In this document: one piece after another, positions 49,678-59,552 of the stretch
How positions within the stretch are numbered: the first letter of the stretch is position 1
Layout of the letters: every line of letters begins with the position of its first letter
NCBI GenBank assembly: GCA_052033715.1
Contig: JBPOJJ010000002.1
Location: 94,408 to 158,407 of the forward strand
Direction: 5' to 3'
Origin: Patescibacteria group bacterium
Lineage (GTDB): Bacteria; Patescibacteriota; Minisyncoccia; Phycocordibacterales; CSBR16-119
DNA: 64,000 nucleotides
Position numbers and translations under genes: made by a program
Notes under the pieces: model-generated
Database searches by the model: none
What the model saw: the letters and a program-made list of their open reading frames with translations, nothing else
Told to the model about the DNA's origin: nothing

Positions 49678-51258
49678 ATGAAAAATATTACAAACAAAAT
49701 AAAACTAATCCCGTTTGCCATATTCGCTTTTGCGTTTTTGTTTGGTGCGCCGCAGTCAACTTTGGCTGCTTGTACCGCAACAGGTGGACCAACCGGATAC
49801 AATGAATGGCTCCAGAACCAATGGTGGTGTTTGGATGGTTCAAATGACGATGATAATGACGATGACGATAACGACGGGGACAACGACAATCTAAACGTCA
49901 TTACTCGTTCAGCTATCAATATCGACGAAGATTCTGCGACAATTCGTGGAGAAATCACAGAAATTGATGAAAGCGAGGACTACGTCAGATTCTTCCAGTG
50001 GGGAACTTCATCTTCAAATCTAAATCAAACAAGCACAATGTCTGGTACAACAGACAACGAGGGAACATTCTCTATGACCCTCTCTGGACTAAACGATAAC
50101 GACACTTACTACTATCGTGCTTGTGCGGAAAACGTCGACAATTCAAATGACGACGACTGTGGTTCGACATACTATTTCACAACCGACAACGATAGTTCTG
50201 ACGATAATGACAACGACAACGACAACGATAACGATAATGACAACGATAACGACGGTGACGTCTTGGGCGCGACAGATGGAGACATCATTACTACAGACGC
50301 GACGAATGTTACCGCCACATCTGCGACCCTAAACGGACTTGTTGCAGAAAACGACAGTTCTGAAACAGTTTGGTTCGAATATGGTCCAACCGTAGGTCTT
50401 GGATATAGAACAGCAAACAAAACCATCTACGCTCAACAGAGTATTGTCTCAACAACAATCTACGGCCTTACTCCTGGAAAAGCTTATTTCTTCCGATTGG
50501 TTTCAGCTGATGGCGAAACAGGCGACTTTAAAGCCTTCATTACAAATTCTGCCACAGTAACTTCTTCGGGAGGCGGTCACACTAGTGGAGGATTAAGTAA
50601 TTCTGGAAGCTCTAACTCGAACAACAATTCAAACAACAACACAAATACTGGCGAAGTAATATTCGAAACTATCCAGTACTTGAAAGTCGAATTGGTCGCT
50701 GCTCACTCAGACGTTCGTCCTGGAGACATAATTCCTTTCGAAGTCGTTTATGAAAACCTAAGCGACAAGAACTTGAAAGACGTTATTGTGGTTGTTGATT
50801 TTCCAAAGGAAATGACAGTAACTGATGTTGGTCCAGGTAAACTAATCTCGACTCAGAAGATTGAAGTCAGAATCCCGGTTCTTCCAGCTTACACAAAAGG
50901 TAACTTTGGTGTAACAGCGAAGGTTGGCGAAAAAACTCCTGACGAGACTTTCTTGGTCACCGTTGTTAATGCGAACTTCGAACACCCAGTTGAAAAGAAC
51001 ACTCGAATGGAAGTTGTAAACTCTTCAATCATCCGTGTCTCGATGCTTGCTCCAATGCGTGTGAGCCAGGCAGCTGCACTTGGAACTTTGGGAACATTTT
51101 TCCCAACTACATTCCTCGGATGGCTAGTGCTTATCACTGTTATCGTTATTCTCATCTACGTCTCTCGTAAACTTTACAAAGAGCGTGAAGAGGAAAAGAA
51201 ACGAAAGCAGAAAGAGCAAGCCGCCCACCAGCCTCAATTCAAAATAATCGATAGATAA
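49678..51258 (+). CDS. Surface protein with FN3-like/DUF11 domains, Asp-Asn repeats and C-terminal TM
   Basis: Signal peptide; SATLNG..WFEYG..GLTPGKAYFFR; (DN)n tracts; PTTFLGWLVLI anchor. Confidence 0.8.
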   Translation: MKNITNKIKLIPFAIFAFAFLFGAPQSTLAACTATGGPTGYNEWLQNQWWCLDGSNDDDNDDDDNDGDNDNLNVITRSAINIDEDSATIRGEITEIDESEDYVRFFQWGTSSSNLNQTSTMSGTTDNEGTFSMTLSGLNDNDTYYYRACAENVDNSNDDDCGSTYYFTTDNDSSDDNDNDNDNDNDNDNDNDGDVLGATDGDIITTDATNVTATSATLNGLVAENDSSETVWFEYGPTVGLGYRTANKTIYAQQSIVSTTIYGLTPGKAYFFRLVSADGETGDFKAFITNSATVTSSGGGHTSGGLSNSGSSNSNNNSNNNTNTGEVIFETIQYLKVELVAAHSDVRPGDIIPFEVVYENLSDKNLKDVIVVVDFPKEMTVTDVGPGKLISTQKIEVRIPVLPAYTKGNFGVTAKVGEKTPDETFLVTVVNANFEHPVEKNTRMEVVNSSIIRVSMLAPMRVSQAAALGTLGTFFPTTFLGWLVLITVIVILIYVSRKLYKEREEEKKRKQKEQAAHQPQFKIIDR

Positions 51259-51307
51259 AACAAAACTACCCCAAAAGGGTAGTTTTGTTTTATGTTAAAA
51301 TGGTCGC

Positions 51308-51742
51308 ATGATTACTAGGGGTCCAGAGGAAACCAAGGAGACGGCCAAGAAGTTTGTGGCAGATTTGGCTGGCTCAAAACTACCAGAACAAGGCGCGACA
51401 ATCGTCGAGCTGGTGGGGGATTTGGGTGCTGGCAAGACGACTTTTATGGGTGGAGTTGGCGAATTCTTTGGTATAAAAGAAGCAATCATTAGCCCCACTT
51501 TTCTAATTCAAAGAAATTACAAAATCGAAGGGAACTTTCCTTGGAAAAACTTGGTTCACCTCGATGCCTATAGAATTGAAAATGGGGATGAACTTCGGGG
51601 AATTAATTGGGAAAAATATTCGAGTAATCCGGAAAATTTGATTTTCGTTGAGTGGCCAGAAAATTTACGGACAAGTTTTCCAGCAACAAAAAGAATCGAA
51701 TTTAAGCATTTAAGCGAAAACGAACGTGAAATCCAAATCTAA
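51308..51742 (+). CDS. tsaE: tRNA t6A ATPase
   Basis: GDLGAGKTTF, SPTF, HLDAYR, VEWPE. Confidence 0.95.
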   Translation: MITRGPEETKETAKKFVADLAGSKLPEQGATIVELVGDLGAGKTTFMGGVGEFFGIKEAIISPTFLIQRNYKIEGNFPWKNLVHLDAYRIENGDELRGINWEKYSSNPENLIFVEWPENLRTSFPATKRIEFKHLSENEREIQI

Positions 51743-54083
51743 AAAAAGAATAGTTTTGCTCGACACTCATGCGATTATTCATCGCGCGTATCATGCCTTA
51801 CCAGACTTCACGACGTCCTCGGGCGAGCCAACCGGCGCGCTTTATGGGCTGTCGACGATGATTCTTTCGATTATCAAAGACTTAAAACCAGATTACATCC
51901 TTGCTTGCTATGACTTGCCGGGTGGAACTTTTCGAAACGAAATGACGGCCACCTACAAAGCCAATCGCAAGAAAGGTGACGACGCTTTGATTGAGCAAAT
52001 CGTAAAATCTCGCGAAGTCATGGAAGCTTTCGCTATTCCTTGTTACGAGAAAAAGGGTTACGAGGCTGACGACTTGCTCGGCACCATTGCCGAGAAACTA
52101 AAGGTCGACAAAGAGCGGGAAATAATTATCGCTTCCGGGGACATGGACACTATGCAGTTGGTGGATAAGGCGCAGGTTAAAATTTTTACTCTTCGAAAAG
52201 GTCTCTCTGACACAATTACTTATGACGAAAAAGCTGTCATTGAGCGCTTTGGCTTTGGTCCAAAATTTTTGGCGGACTATAAGGGCCTCCGAGGCGACCC
52301 ATCAGACAACATTGTTGGTGTTGCTGGAATTGGCGAGAAAACCGCCACAACCCTCATTTCTAAATTCGGTGGAATCGAAAATATTTATAAGAAACTCAAA
52401 AAAGGCGATGCAGAATTTAAAGAAGCCGGACTAACTCCGCGCATTATCGAGCTTTTAAAAAACAACGAAGAAGAAGCGCTCTTCTCTAAAACTTTAGCGA
52501 CCATCGTCCGTGATGCGCCAATCGATTTTACTTTGCCCGAGAAAACTTGGCGAGAAACTATTGATACAAACAAAACCGAAAAAATGTTTCAGAAGTTTGA
52601 ATTCCGTTCACTCGTTTCACGACTGCGAAACATTTTGGAAATAGAAGAGGTTGTCGTACCAAAGGAACAAAACAACATGGACCCGATAGAACTAAAAAAA
52701 CTTGGAATTGCGCTTTGGATTCTTGATTCTGAAACAACGACCCCAGATCTCGAAGATATCTTTGCCTATACCAAGACTCGCGATCTGGGTGACGCCAAAA
52801 AAGTTCTCTGGAACGATTTACAGAAAAACAAACTCGACAAGGTTTACACTGAAATAGAAGAGCCAATCATCAATGTAATTGAAGAAATGCAGCACTACGG
52901 TATCAAGATCGACAAGAAATATTTAGAGAATCTGTCACACAATTATCATAAAACGCTCGAGGGAATCGAAAAAGAAATCTACAAACTTGCCGGTCAAGAA
53001 TTTAACATCAAGTCACCAAAGCAACTCGGTGAAATTTTGTTTGAAGTACTGCATCTTCCAACGGCTGGAATCAAAAAATCCGCCACTGGTGGCTACTCGA
53101 CGCAGATCACTGTTCTTGAAAAACTCGAAGACGCTCATCCGATAATAAAGAAAATCATGGAATATCGCGAACTTCAGAAGCTTCTGTCGACTTATATCGA
53201 CGTCATTCCCGAAATGGTGGCCGAGGACGGACGCTTGCATGCGGAATTTTTACAAGCCGGGACAACAACCGGAAGATTTTCTTCGAACAACCCAAACCTT
53301 CAAAATATTCCGATCAAGTCTGAACTCGGCAAGGCTATACGCGGAGGATTTGTGGCAGGTGAGGGGAATGTCTTGATGTCATTTGATTACTCTCAGATGG
53401 AGCTTCGTTTGGCCGCAATTTTTTCCGGCGACGAGAGTTTGAAAAACATTTTCATTAAAGGTGATGACGTACACACGGCGGTGGCTTCGCGAGTCTTTGG
53501 TGTGCCGATGCCAGAAGTTACAAAAGAAATGCGTCGTCATGCCAAAGTTATTAACTTTGGAATTCTTTACGGCATGGGCGTCAACGCTTTGAAGAAAAAT
53601 CTGGGAAGCTCACATAAAGAAGCGGCGGAGTTTTATGCAGATTACTTCAAACAATTTCAAAGTTTCGAGTCTTATCTCGAAGATACGAAGAATTTTGCCC
53701 GAAAGTATGGTTACACCGAAACTTTGTTTGGCCGCCGCCGATATTTCCCGACGATTAACTCGTCTGTGCCGTTCATTCAAAAAATGGCCGAACGCACTGC
53801 AATAAATGCACCAATTCAGGGAACCCTGGCCGACATCGTTAAACTCGCCATGCGATTTATCGACGAGAGGTTGAAAAGTGAGGGGTTATCTGACTCGGCG
53901 CACTTGATTTTACAGATCCATGACGAGCTTATTTTTGAGGTCCGGGAAGGAGTAGTAGAGAAAGTGGCACCAATAATCAGGGAAGAAATGGAGGGCGTTT
54001 TGGAGAAATCCTATATCCACTTCAAAACCGAAGTGCCAATCACAGTCAATTATTCGGCCGGAAAAACTTGGCAAGAGCTATAA
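51726..54083 (+). CDS. polA: DNA polymerase I (5'-3' exonuclease and polymerase; reduced 3'-5' domain)
   Basis: HRAYHA, EADD, GDPSDN; TGRFSSNNPNLQNIP, DYSQMELR, QIHDEL. Confidence 0.97.
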   Translation: MKSKSKKRIVLLDTHAIIHRAYHALPDFTTSSGEPTGALYGLSTMILSIIKDLKPDYILACYDLPGGTFRNEMTATYKANRKKGDDALIEQIVKSREVMEAFAIPCYEKKGYEADDLLGTIAEKLKVDKEREIIIASGDMDTMQLVDKAQVKIFTLRKGLSDTITYDEKAVIERFGFGPKFLADYKGLRGDPSDNIVGVAGIGEKTATTLISKFGGIENIYKKLKKGDAEFKEAGLTPRIIELLKNNEEEALFSKTLATIVRDAPIDFTLPEKTWRETIDTNKTEKMFQKFEFRSLVSRLRNILEIEEVVVPKEQNNMDPIELKKLGIALWILDSETTTPDLEDIFAYTKTRDLGDAKKVLWNDLQKNKLDKVYTEIEEPIINVIEEMQHYGIKIDKKYLENLSHNYHKTLEGIEKEIYKLAGQEFNIKSPKQLGEILFEVLHLPTAGIKKSATGGYSTQITVLEKLEDAHPIIKKIMEYRELQKLLSTYIDVIPEMVAEDGRLHAEFLQAGTTTGRFSSNNPNLQNIPIKSELGKAIRGGFVAGEGNVLMSFDYSQMELRLAAIFSGDESLKNIFIKGDDVHTAVASRVFGVPMPEVTKEMRRHAKVINFGILYGMGVNALKKNLGSSHKEAAEFYADYFKQFQSFESYLEDTKNFARKYGYTETLFGRRRYFPTINSSVPFIQKMAERTAINAPIQGTLADIVKLAMRFIDERLKSEGLSDSAHLILQIHDELIFEVREGVVEKVAPIIREEMEGVLEKSYIHFKTEVPITVNYSAGKTWQEL

Positions 54084-54084
54084 G

Positions 54085-54219
54085 CCCCGACACCAAATAT
54101 CTCATGGTTTTTTATTATGCCAAAAGATTCGTCCAACCAAACCGGCTTTAGGCGAAGGATTTAAAATATCACGAAATTTATTTCGAAAAAGCAGAATAAC
54201 GAGATATTTGGTGTGGGGG
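54085..54219. mobile_element. MITE-like element with 19-bp terminal inverted repeats
   Basis: ccccgacaccaaatatctc ... gagatatttggtgtggggg (1 mismatch); non-coding interior. Confidence 0.6.
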
Positions 54220-54242
54220 TAGAAAAGGTCTATAATAGTCTT

Positions 54243-54731
54243 ATGAAAATGAACGAACGTCATCCTAAAGAAAACACTATCTCAAATTTGAGCTCGTATT
54301 CGACCATTGTCTTTGGTTTGGCGCTTTTTGTGGCTATTATCTTGGACATCGTTCACCCACTAAAGTTTTTGACTGAACCATTGAATAGATATCTGGGAAT
54401 CTCTCTAATCGCACTTAGTACGGTTATCATATATTGGGCCGAAAGACTCGGAAAAATATTTTCTGAAAGACGAAAGAAAGGTGAAATCAAAGAAGCAGAA
54501 CATCTGGCCATGGGTCCATATTTTTGGACCAGGAATCCGAAATATTTGGCCCTTGCGATTTTACTTATCGGCCTCGGTATTACTATAAATTCATTATTCG
54601 TTACTCTTTCATCGATCGTCGCTCTCATTATCGTCAATTATTTTCTTCTTTCCAAGGAAGAAGAGCTTATGGAAACTCGTCATGGCGAGATTTACCATGA
54701 ATACAAAAAGAAAGTAAGGAAGTGGTTATAA
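54243..54731 (+). CDS. ICMT/PEMT-family membrane methyltransferase
   Basis: GPYFWTRNPKY, EEELM..HGEIYHEYKKKVRKW. Confidence 0.85.
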   Translation: MKMNERHPKENTISNLSSYSTIVFGLALFVAIILDIVHPLKFLTEPLNRYLGISLIALSTVIIYWAERLGKIFSERRKKGEIKEAEHLAMGPYFWTRNPKYLALAILLIGLGITINSLFVTLSSIVALIIVNYFLLSKEEELMETRHGEIYHEYKKKVRKWL

Positions 54732-54732
54732 A

Positions 54733-55431
54733 ATGATCTACGTTTTTTTAGGAGACGATTCAGATAAAAAATTAAAAGCGCGTGAAGAGGTTTTGAAAAA
54801 TTTCCCCGAAAGAGAAGTCTTTTTTCTAAACGAAGGTAATTTTTCTCGAGACCAATTTCAAAATTTCCTTGCAGGGAGCGATTTGTTTGCCAAAAAATAC
54901 GTCATCGTTCTCGGCTCTTTGATCTCGAGCGATGTTTCTGATTTTGTCTTGGACAAAGCCAGGCAGATGCAAGAATCCGAAAATATTTTTATAATTCTCG
55001 AGACAGAAATCCTAAAAGCCTCAAGCGAAATTTTAAAAAAAGTTGCCAAAGATTGGAAAACTTTTGATTTACCAAAAACGACAGAGACTAAGTTTAATAT
55101 TTTCTCCATCACTGATGCTTTCGGCGCACGAGACAAGAAAAACACCTGGGTTTTGATGCAAAAGGCTTTGCAAGAGGGAATTGCTGCCGAAGAAATTTTG
55201 AATATCTTGATCTGGCAGACCAAAAATCTATTGTTTGTTGTTGGGGGGGAAGACATGAAAAGTACGAGCTTAAGTCCTTTTGTTTACAACAAATCTAAAA
55301 ATTATTCCAAAAATTACAAACCAGAAGAACTCAAAGATATTTCGCGACAACTTGTAACGATGTTTCATGAAAGTCATTTGGGACTAGAGCTTGAGCCAAA
55401 TCTAGAAAAATTCTTATTAAAAACTCTATAA
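54733..55431 (+). CDS. holA: DNA polymerase III delta subunit-like protein
   Basis: MIYVFLGDD, DLFAKKYVIV, FNIFSITDAF, LSPFVYNK. Confidence 0.8.
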   Translation: MIYVFLGDDSDKKLKAREEVLKNFPEREVFFLNEGNFSRDQFQNFLAGSDLFAKKYVIVLGSLISSDVSDFVLDKARQMQESENIFIILETEILKASSEILKKVAKDWKTFDLPKTTETKFNIFSITDAFGARDKKNTWVLMQKALQEGIAAEEILNILIWQTKNLLFVVGGEDMKSTSLSPFVYNKSKNYSKNYKPEELKDISRQLVTMFHESHLGLELEPNLEKFLLKTL

Positions 55432-55438
55432 AAGACAA

Positions 55439-55705
55439 ATGGCTCATTACTCGAGTTTCGTCCGCGGGACAAAAACCAAGTAATGAGCCAATTGTTCAGC
55501 CAAGGGCTGATAGAAAAGAGCTGTGTGCCGTAGGAAACGACACCAAACGTCAACAAAGAACTCGGTATCTCGTAATCGGGACTAAGCGATTTGTGTTTCT
55601 TGGAACACCGTTTTATGCCATGCGACCCATTTAACGTTGCGTTAAATATTTTTTTCTAGAACCTACATGGTTCGAATGTTGGGTTGGCACTGAACGTTTC
55701 GCTTG
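55439..55705 (-). ncRNA. Standalone structured ncRNA candidate
   Basis: TTGCAT..TAGAAT promoter at 55711-55738, several nested stems, long 3' hairpin; no convincing ORF. Confidence 0.5.
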
Positions 55706-55906
55706 TTTAAATTCTATTACCAAATGTCCTTTATGCAAAGGAGATAAAGGACATTCTGTGGATAAAGGACATTTCGCAAATCGTGTTTAGAAAAAGACAC
55801 GCGTTCCCTCCTGTAAACGGCGAGCCGCTAAGACTCAGAAAGTCGGCCATCAAGCCGACTTTCTTCCGTATTGTCTTTTTCTAAACATGCTTTGCTCCGT
55901 TGGTGG

Positions 55907-56443
55907 CTAGGAGGGGGTGGAGAATCTTCGTTTGTTGAGGGTCATTAGGATTATGACTACGAAGAAGGCTAGAGACATGACAGGGATATCGACAAAGCCG
56001 AAAACTTTGACGTAATTTTGGAGACACGACACGCCGATAACGTCGCAGGCCAAGACGTCTTTACCCAAAAACTTCTCAATATTGTGCCAAAGTGCGATAA
56101 GTCCACCAATGATCGATAAAACTAGGGCGTAATCCCAGATTTCTGTGGCTTTACGCTTCATAAGGGCGACAAAGGACATTATGGCAATCGGATACATAAG
56201 AATTCTCTGGTACCAACAGAGCGGGCAAGGTACAAATCCGATGAATTGGTAGGTCAAACTTCCGGCCATGCCAGCCAAAGAGATCAAAAACACCAACAGG
56301 AGTCCCTTTTTAGCCATCCAGGCGTAAATTGGACCCCTGTCTTTGGTAAACAGGCCAATAAGAAGCACTAAAGAAATAGCCAGAGACAGGATTGTCCCTA
56401 TAGCAAAGATAAAATTGACGGTGTTAATGATATCGGCGTTCAT
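55907..56443 (-). CDS. dsbB: Disulfide bond formation protein DsbB/BdbC
   Basis: PCPLCWYQRILMYP; second Cys pair C..C; four TM helices. Confidence 0.92.
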   Translation of the reverse strand: MNADIINTVNFIFAIGTILSLAISLVLLIGLFTKDRGPIYAWMAKKGLLLVFLISLAGMAGSLTYQFIGFVPCPLCWYQRILMYPIAIMSFVALMKRKATEIWDYALVLSIIGGLIALWHNIEKFLGKDVLACDVIGVSCLQNYVKVFGFVDIPVMSLAFFVVIILMTLNKRRFSTPS

Positions 56444-56447
56444 GTTT

Positions 56448-56882
56448 TTATTCTGTTACGGCCTCGGATGTGCCGCCAATGTCGGTTGATTCAGGGACTT
56501 CTTCACCTGCTGGGAGGGCACAACTGGTTTTTTCTGCCAAGCCTTCAAGGGAAATGACTCCAGTCTGTCTGGTTCCGTCAGCAAAGTCCCATGTTGGATA
56601 GCTTTTTATCTCGGCACTGACGCAGACTTCTGTTACGCCCTTGGAGTCAGGGGTAGAACATTCAACATAAGGCAAATATTTTACAGCTGTACCAAAAAGT
56701 TTTTTCTGGTCACCGCAGTGAGGACACCAGAAAGCACCATAGAATGTCGCACCTTTTTCTCCCAAACAGGCAGCAAAACCGTCGAGCGGATTTGGCTTAT
56801 TGCTAGCCTTTTGGAGTAAGACCAAGGCAACGACAACGGCAGCAACGATGATTCCGATAGAGATGATGGTTTGTTTGTTCAT
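56448..56882 (-). CDS. Membrane-anchored thioredoxin-like protein
   Basis: FYGAFWCPHC..QK.LFG, YVEC, YPTW. Confidence 0.88.
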   Translation of the reverse strand: MNKQTIISIGIIVAAVVVALVLLQKASNKPNPLDGFAACLGEKGATFYGAFWCPHCGDQKKLFGTAVKYLPYVECSTPDSKGVTEVCVSAEIKSYPTWDFADGTRQTGVISLEGLAEKTSCALPAGEEVPESTDIGGTSEAVTE

Positions 56883-56956
56883 TTAAATTAAAGGTTAAAA
56901 GTTGATATGGACACATTTTATGTGTTTAGTGGTATTTTTGCAATGAGACTATATAT

Positions 56957-57032
56957 TGGTGCCCTCGCTAGGGATCGAACCTAGGACCTTCTCCTTAAAA
57001 GGGAGCTGCTCTACCAGCTGAGCTACAAGGGC
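56957..57032 (-). tRNA. tRNA-Lys(UUU) with encoded CCA
   Basis: GCCCTTG/CGAGGGC-ACCA; anticodon loop CT-TTT-AA. Confidence 0.9.
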
Positions 57033-57089
57033 ATGCGTTAAAAAATAACATACTTGCGGGCTAGGGTCAATTCATTTAGTATCACTGTT

Positions 57090-57557
57090 ATGAGGACCGA
57101 GACAATTCTCATTCTCGATAATATCCGAAGCACTCATAACGTGGGCTCGATTTTCCGTACGGCTGATGCGGCGGGAGTAACTAAAATATATTTGGTTGGC
57201 ACGACACCAGATCCGATTGACCGATTCGGTCGAGCACAGAGCGATATTGCTAAAACTGCACTTGGAGCTGAAAAAAGTATTTCCTGGGAACATGCCGATA
57301 CTGCTTTGGAAATCTTGGCCAAGCATCCAGATTATTTTAAAGTCGCTCTTGAGCAATCAGAAAATTCTACTGACTACAAAAATATTTCACCAAAGGAAAA
57401 GAGCTTGATAATCCTTGGCGCTGAGGTTACAGGACTAACAAAAGATATTTTAGATAAATGTGACGCCGTGGCCGAGATACCAATGGCGGGAGGGAAGGAG
57501 TCACTCAATGTGTCTGTTGCAACTGGAGTGTTCTTGTTTCGATTTCTTAATAAATAA
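57090..57557 (+). CDS. TrmH/SpoU-family RNA methyltransferase
   Basis: LDNIRSTHNVGSIFRTADA, GAEVTG, IPM.G.KESLNVSVA. Confidence 0.93.
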   Translation: MRTETILILDNIRSTHNVGSIFRTADAAGVTKIYLVGTTPDPIDRFGRAQSDIAKTALGAEKSISWEHADTALEILAKHPDYFKVALEQSENSTDYKNISPKEKSLIILGAEVTGLTKDILDKCDAVAEIPMAGGKESLNVSVATGVFLFRFLNK

Positions 57558-57804
57558 TCTGTCCATCGCCACTGCGTTTTGGTTGGTCGTTCGGGGTCGG
57601 GATTGTGCCGGTAGGAGTTTTGCTTTCATCACGCCAGCTTTGGTTTTGGTTGGTATATTTTTGTCCAACTTTCACTTCACCAAGTCCTTGTTCTTCGGCT
57701 CTTTGTGGTCCACCTCCCGAAACCCACAATATGAAAAAGATTGCGAGTAGCCCAACAAACCACCAAATATCACTTCCGCCCCCGCCGCTTTTCTTTTCTG
57801 CCAT
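57547..57804 (-). CDS. Small single-TM protein
   Basis: WWFVGLLAIFFILWVSGGGP; downstream of mutM. Confidence 0.65.
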   Translation of the reverse strand: MAEKKSGGGGSDIWWFVGLLAIFFILWVSGGGPQRAEEQGLGEVKVGQKYTNQNQSWRDESKTPTGTIPTPNDQPKRSGDGQIIY

Positions 57805-57814
57805 AATTTTTTAA

Positions 57815-58750
57815 TTATTTTTCTAACGGTTGATGGGCGGAACAGTAGTGTGCCGAACGTCCGCCAACCACACGCCTCATTATAACACCCCTGCAACCCC
57901 TCCGTTCGCACGGAAGCCCTGTTTTTCTGTAGACATGATGTTTATTCTGGAATTTACCAGGTAAGCCATAAATATTGCGATAGTCAGATGTCGAATCTCC
58001 GCCAAAATCTATGCCACGTTTGAGAAGCGGTTTCATGGAGTTGTACATCTTTTTGAACTTTATCTCGGGAATACTTTTGACTCGTTCCTCGGGATGAATG
58101 TCGGATTCCCAGAGCATTTCGTCAGAGTAGATATTTCCAATGCCGGCGATGAGTGTTTGGTCCATGAGAACATTCTTGATCCGGCCACTTCCGCGTTTCA
58201 TGAGTCGTGATTTGAAAGTTGGATAATCCATTTTTGGGTCCAGTGCATCCATACCGACGTCTTTCAAATGTTTCGTATTTGAGGATTCTTTGGTTTCAAA
58301 CATCGTGACTTTGCCAAACTTTCTCGAGTCGCAGAAGGCCAGAGAATATCCGTTATTCAGTTTGAAGAGAACTCGGATGAAACGGTTATACGGATCTTGG
58401 AGAGCCGTGTCGTCGGCCCACCAAGGCCATGCATGACCCGCTAGGCCGTCAGAATCTTTCCCATCCCTGTATTTGCCGTACATCAAATGTCCGGTCATTT
58501 TCATATGAATCAAAATCGTTTTTGATTCAGCCAAATGTATCAAAATATTTTTCCCGCGACGTTCGGCTCGCAAAATTTTTTTGCCAATGATTTCTTTCTT
58601 GAACCTGTTCCAAAACTCTAGGTTTTTGATCTCGTCTTTTCTTGCGTGCGACTTTTTTGGAAGGGAAGACCAAACATCAACAATTTTTAAACCCCGAACA
58701 GTTTCATTGAGGCCTCTTACAGTAGTTTCGACTTCTGGTAATTCGGGCAT
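57815..58750 (-). CDS. mutM: Formamidopyrimidine-DNA glycosylase
   Basis: MPELPEVE, RRGK, HMKMTG, GIGNIYSDE, C-terminal zinc finger with R.A.YC..HQ. Confidence 0.97.
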   Translation of the reverse strand: MPELPEVETTVRGLNETVRGLKIVDVWSSLPKKSHARKDEIKNLEFWNRFKKEIIGKKILRAERRGKNILIHLAESKTILIHMKMTGHLMYGKYRDGKDSDGLAGHAWPWWADDTALQDPYNRFIRVLFKLNNGYSLAFCDSRKFGKVTMFETKESSNTKHLKDVGMDALDPKMDYPTFKSRLMKRGSGRIKNVLMDQTLIAGIGNIYSDEMLWESDIHPEERVKSIPEIKFKKMYNSMKPLLKRGIDFGGDSTSDYRNIYGLPGKFQNKHHVYRKTGLPCERRGCRGVIMRRVVGGRSAHYCSAHQPLEK

Positions 58751-58802
58751 GGGTTGATTATAGTGACACGCGCTCTGAATGTAAAACTGATATATTTATA
58801 TT

Positions 58803-59531
58803 ATGAGTAATGCAAAATGGTTGGAGAAAGTTGTAGATTACCGCACCGTTTACGGACTGGGTGTGGTAAAAGAAATAATCTCGCAGAAGATCAAATACCA
58901 ATTTGATATTATAAAATCTAAAAAATTAGCGAAAGCTTATATTAATAAAATCAAGACAGAAAAAGACTCAAAAACCCTACTTCTTATTGAGGCTAGAGCC
59001 GCTAAACAATTCTGGAAAATATTTGGAGGGCAGATCAACGGAAAGACTTTTTGGTTTTCACGGAACCTTCACCATGACGATGTGGTAAATAAATTACTTG
59101 ATGTCGGGTATCATTTTCTGGTTCAAAAGGTGGCAAAAATTTTTGAAGAGCATGATGTGCCGTATGAAATCGGGTTTTTGCATAAGGCCCAGTCAAAAAA
59201 TGCAAAACCTCTCGTGTACGATTTCATAGAATGGTTGCGGCCCATAATTGTTGACGCGACACTGCTTAAGTTTTTACACAGGAAAAAGAAGTTGTTTGAG
59301 CATTTGGACAAAAAATCAATCCCGCATTTCATATTTGAGATAAAGAAGTCATGTAAAAAATCTTTTTATCACAAACATCTCAAGTATTGCGTCACTTTGG
59401 ATTATTGGATAAGTCTGAATGTTCTGGCGATGAGATCTGCGGTAACTGAAAATAGGAGGCCGAAGTTTTATTTCCCGAGTCTTCGCCATGAAACAAGATG
59501 CAGAAAACCGCCCGAAGGCGGTTCGCAATAG
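58803..59531 (+). CDS. cas1: Cas1 homolog, helical catalytic domain only (242 aa)
   Basis: EIISQKIKYQ, LLLIEARAAKQFW, DVVNKLLDVGYHFL, GFLHK, PLVYDFIEWLRPIIVD give the Cas1 E/H/D-E motifs in order; N-terminal beta-domain absent. Confidence 0.88.
   Translation: MSNAKWLEKVVDYRTVYGLGVVKEIISQKIKYQFDIIKSKKLAKAYINKIKTEKDSKTLLLIEARAAKQFWKIFGGQINGKTFWFSRNLHHDDVVNKLLDVGYHFLVQKVAKIFEEHDVPYEIGFLHKAQSKNAKPLVYDFIEWLRPIIVDATLLKFLHRKKKLFEHLDKKSIPHFIFEIKKSCKKSFYHKHLKYCVTLDYWISLNVLAMRSAVTENRRPKFYFPSLRHETRCRKPPEGGSQ
59504..59523 (-). terminator. Intrinsic terminator of the leftward array transcript
   Basis: Minus strand AACCGCC-TTCG-GGCGGTT-TT, overlapping the last cas1 codons. Confidence 0.7.
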
Positions 59532-59552
59532 TTGGAAGATATACAATAAAGT

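Noticed and set aside
50183-50253. GACAAC tandem repeats as an array
   Set aside because: In-frame (Asp-Asn)n coding low complexity with no spacers.
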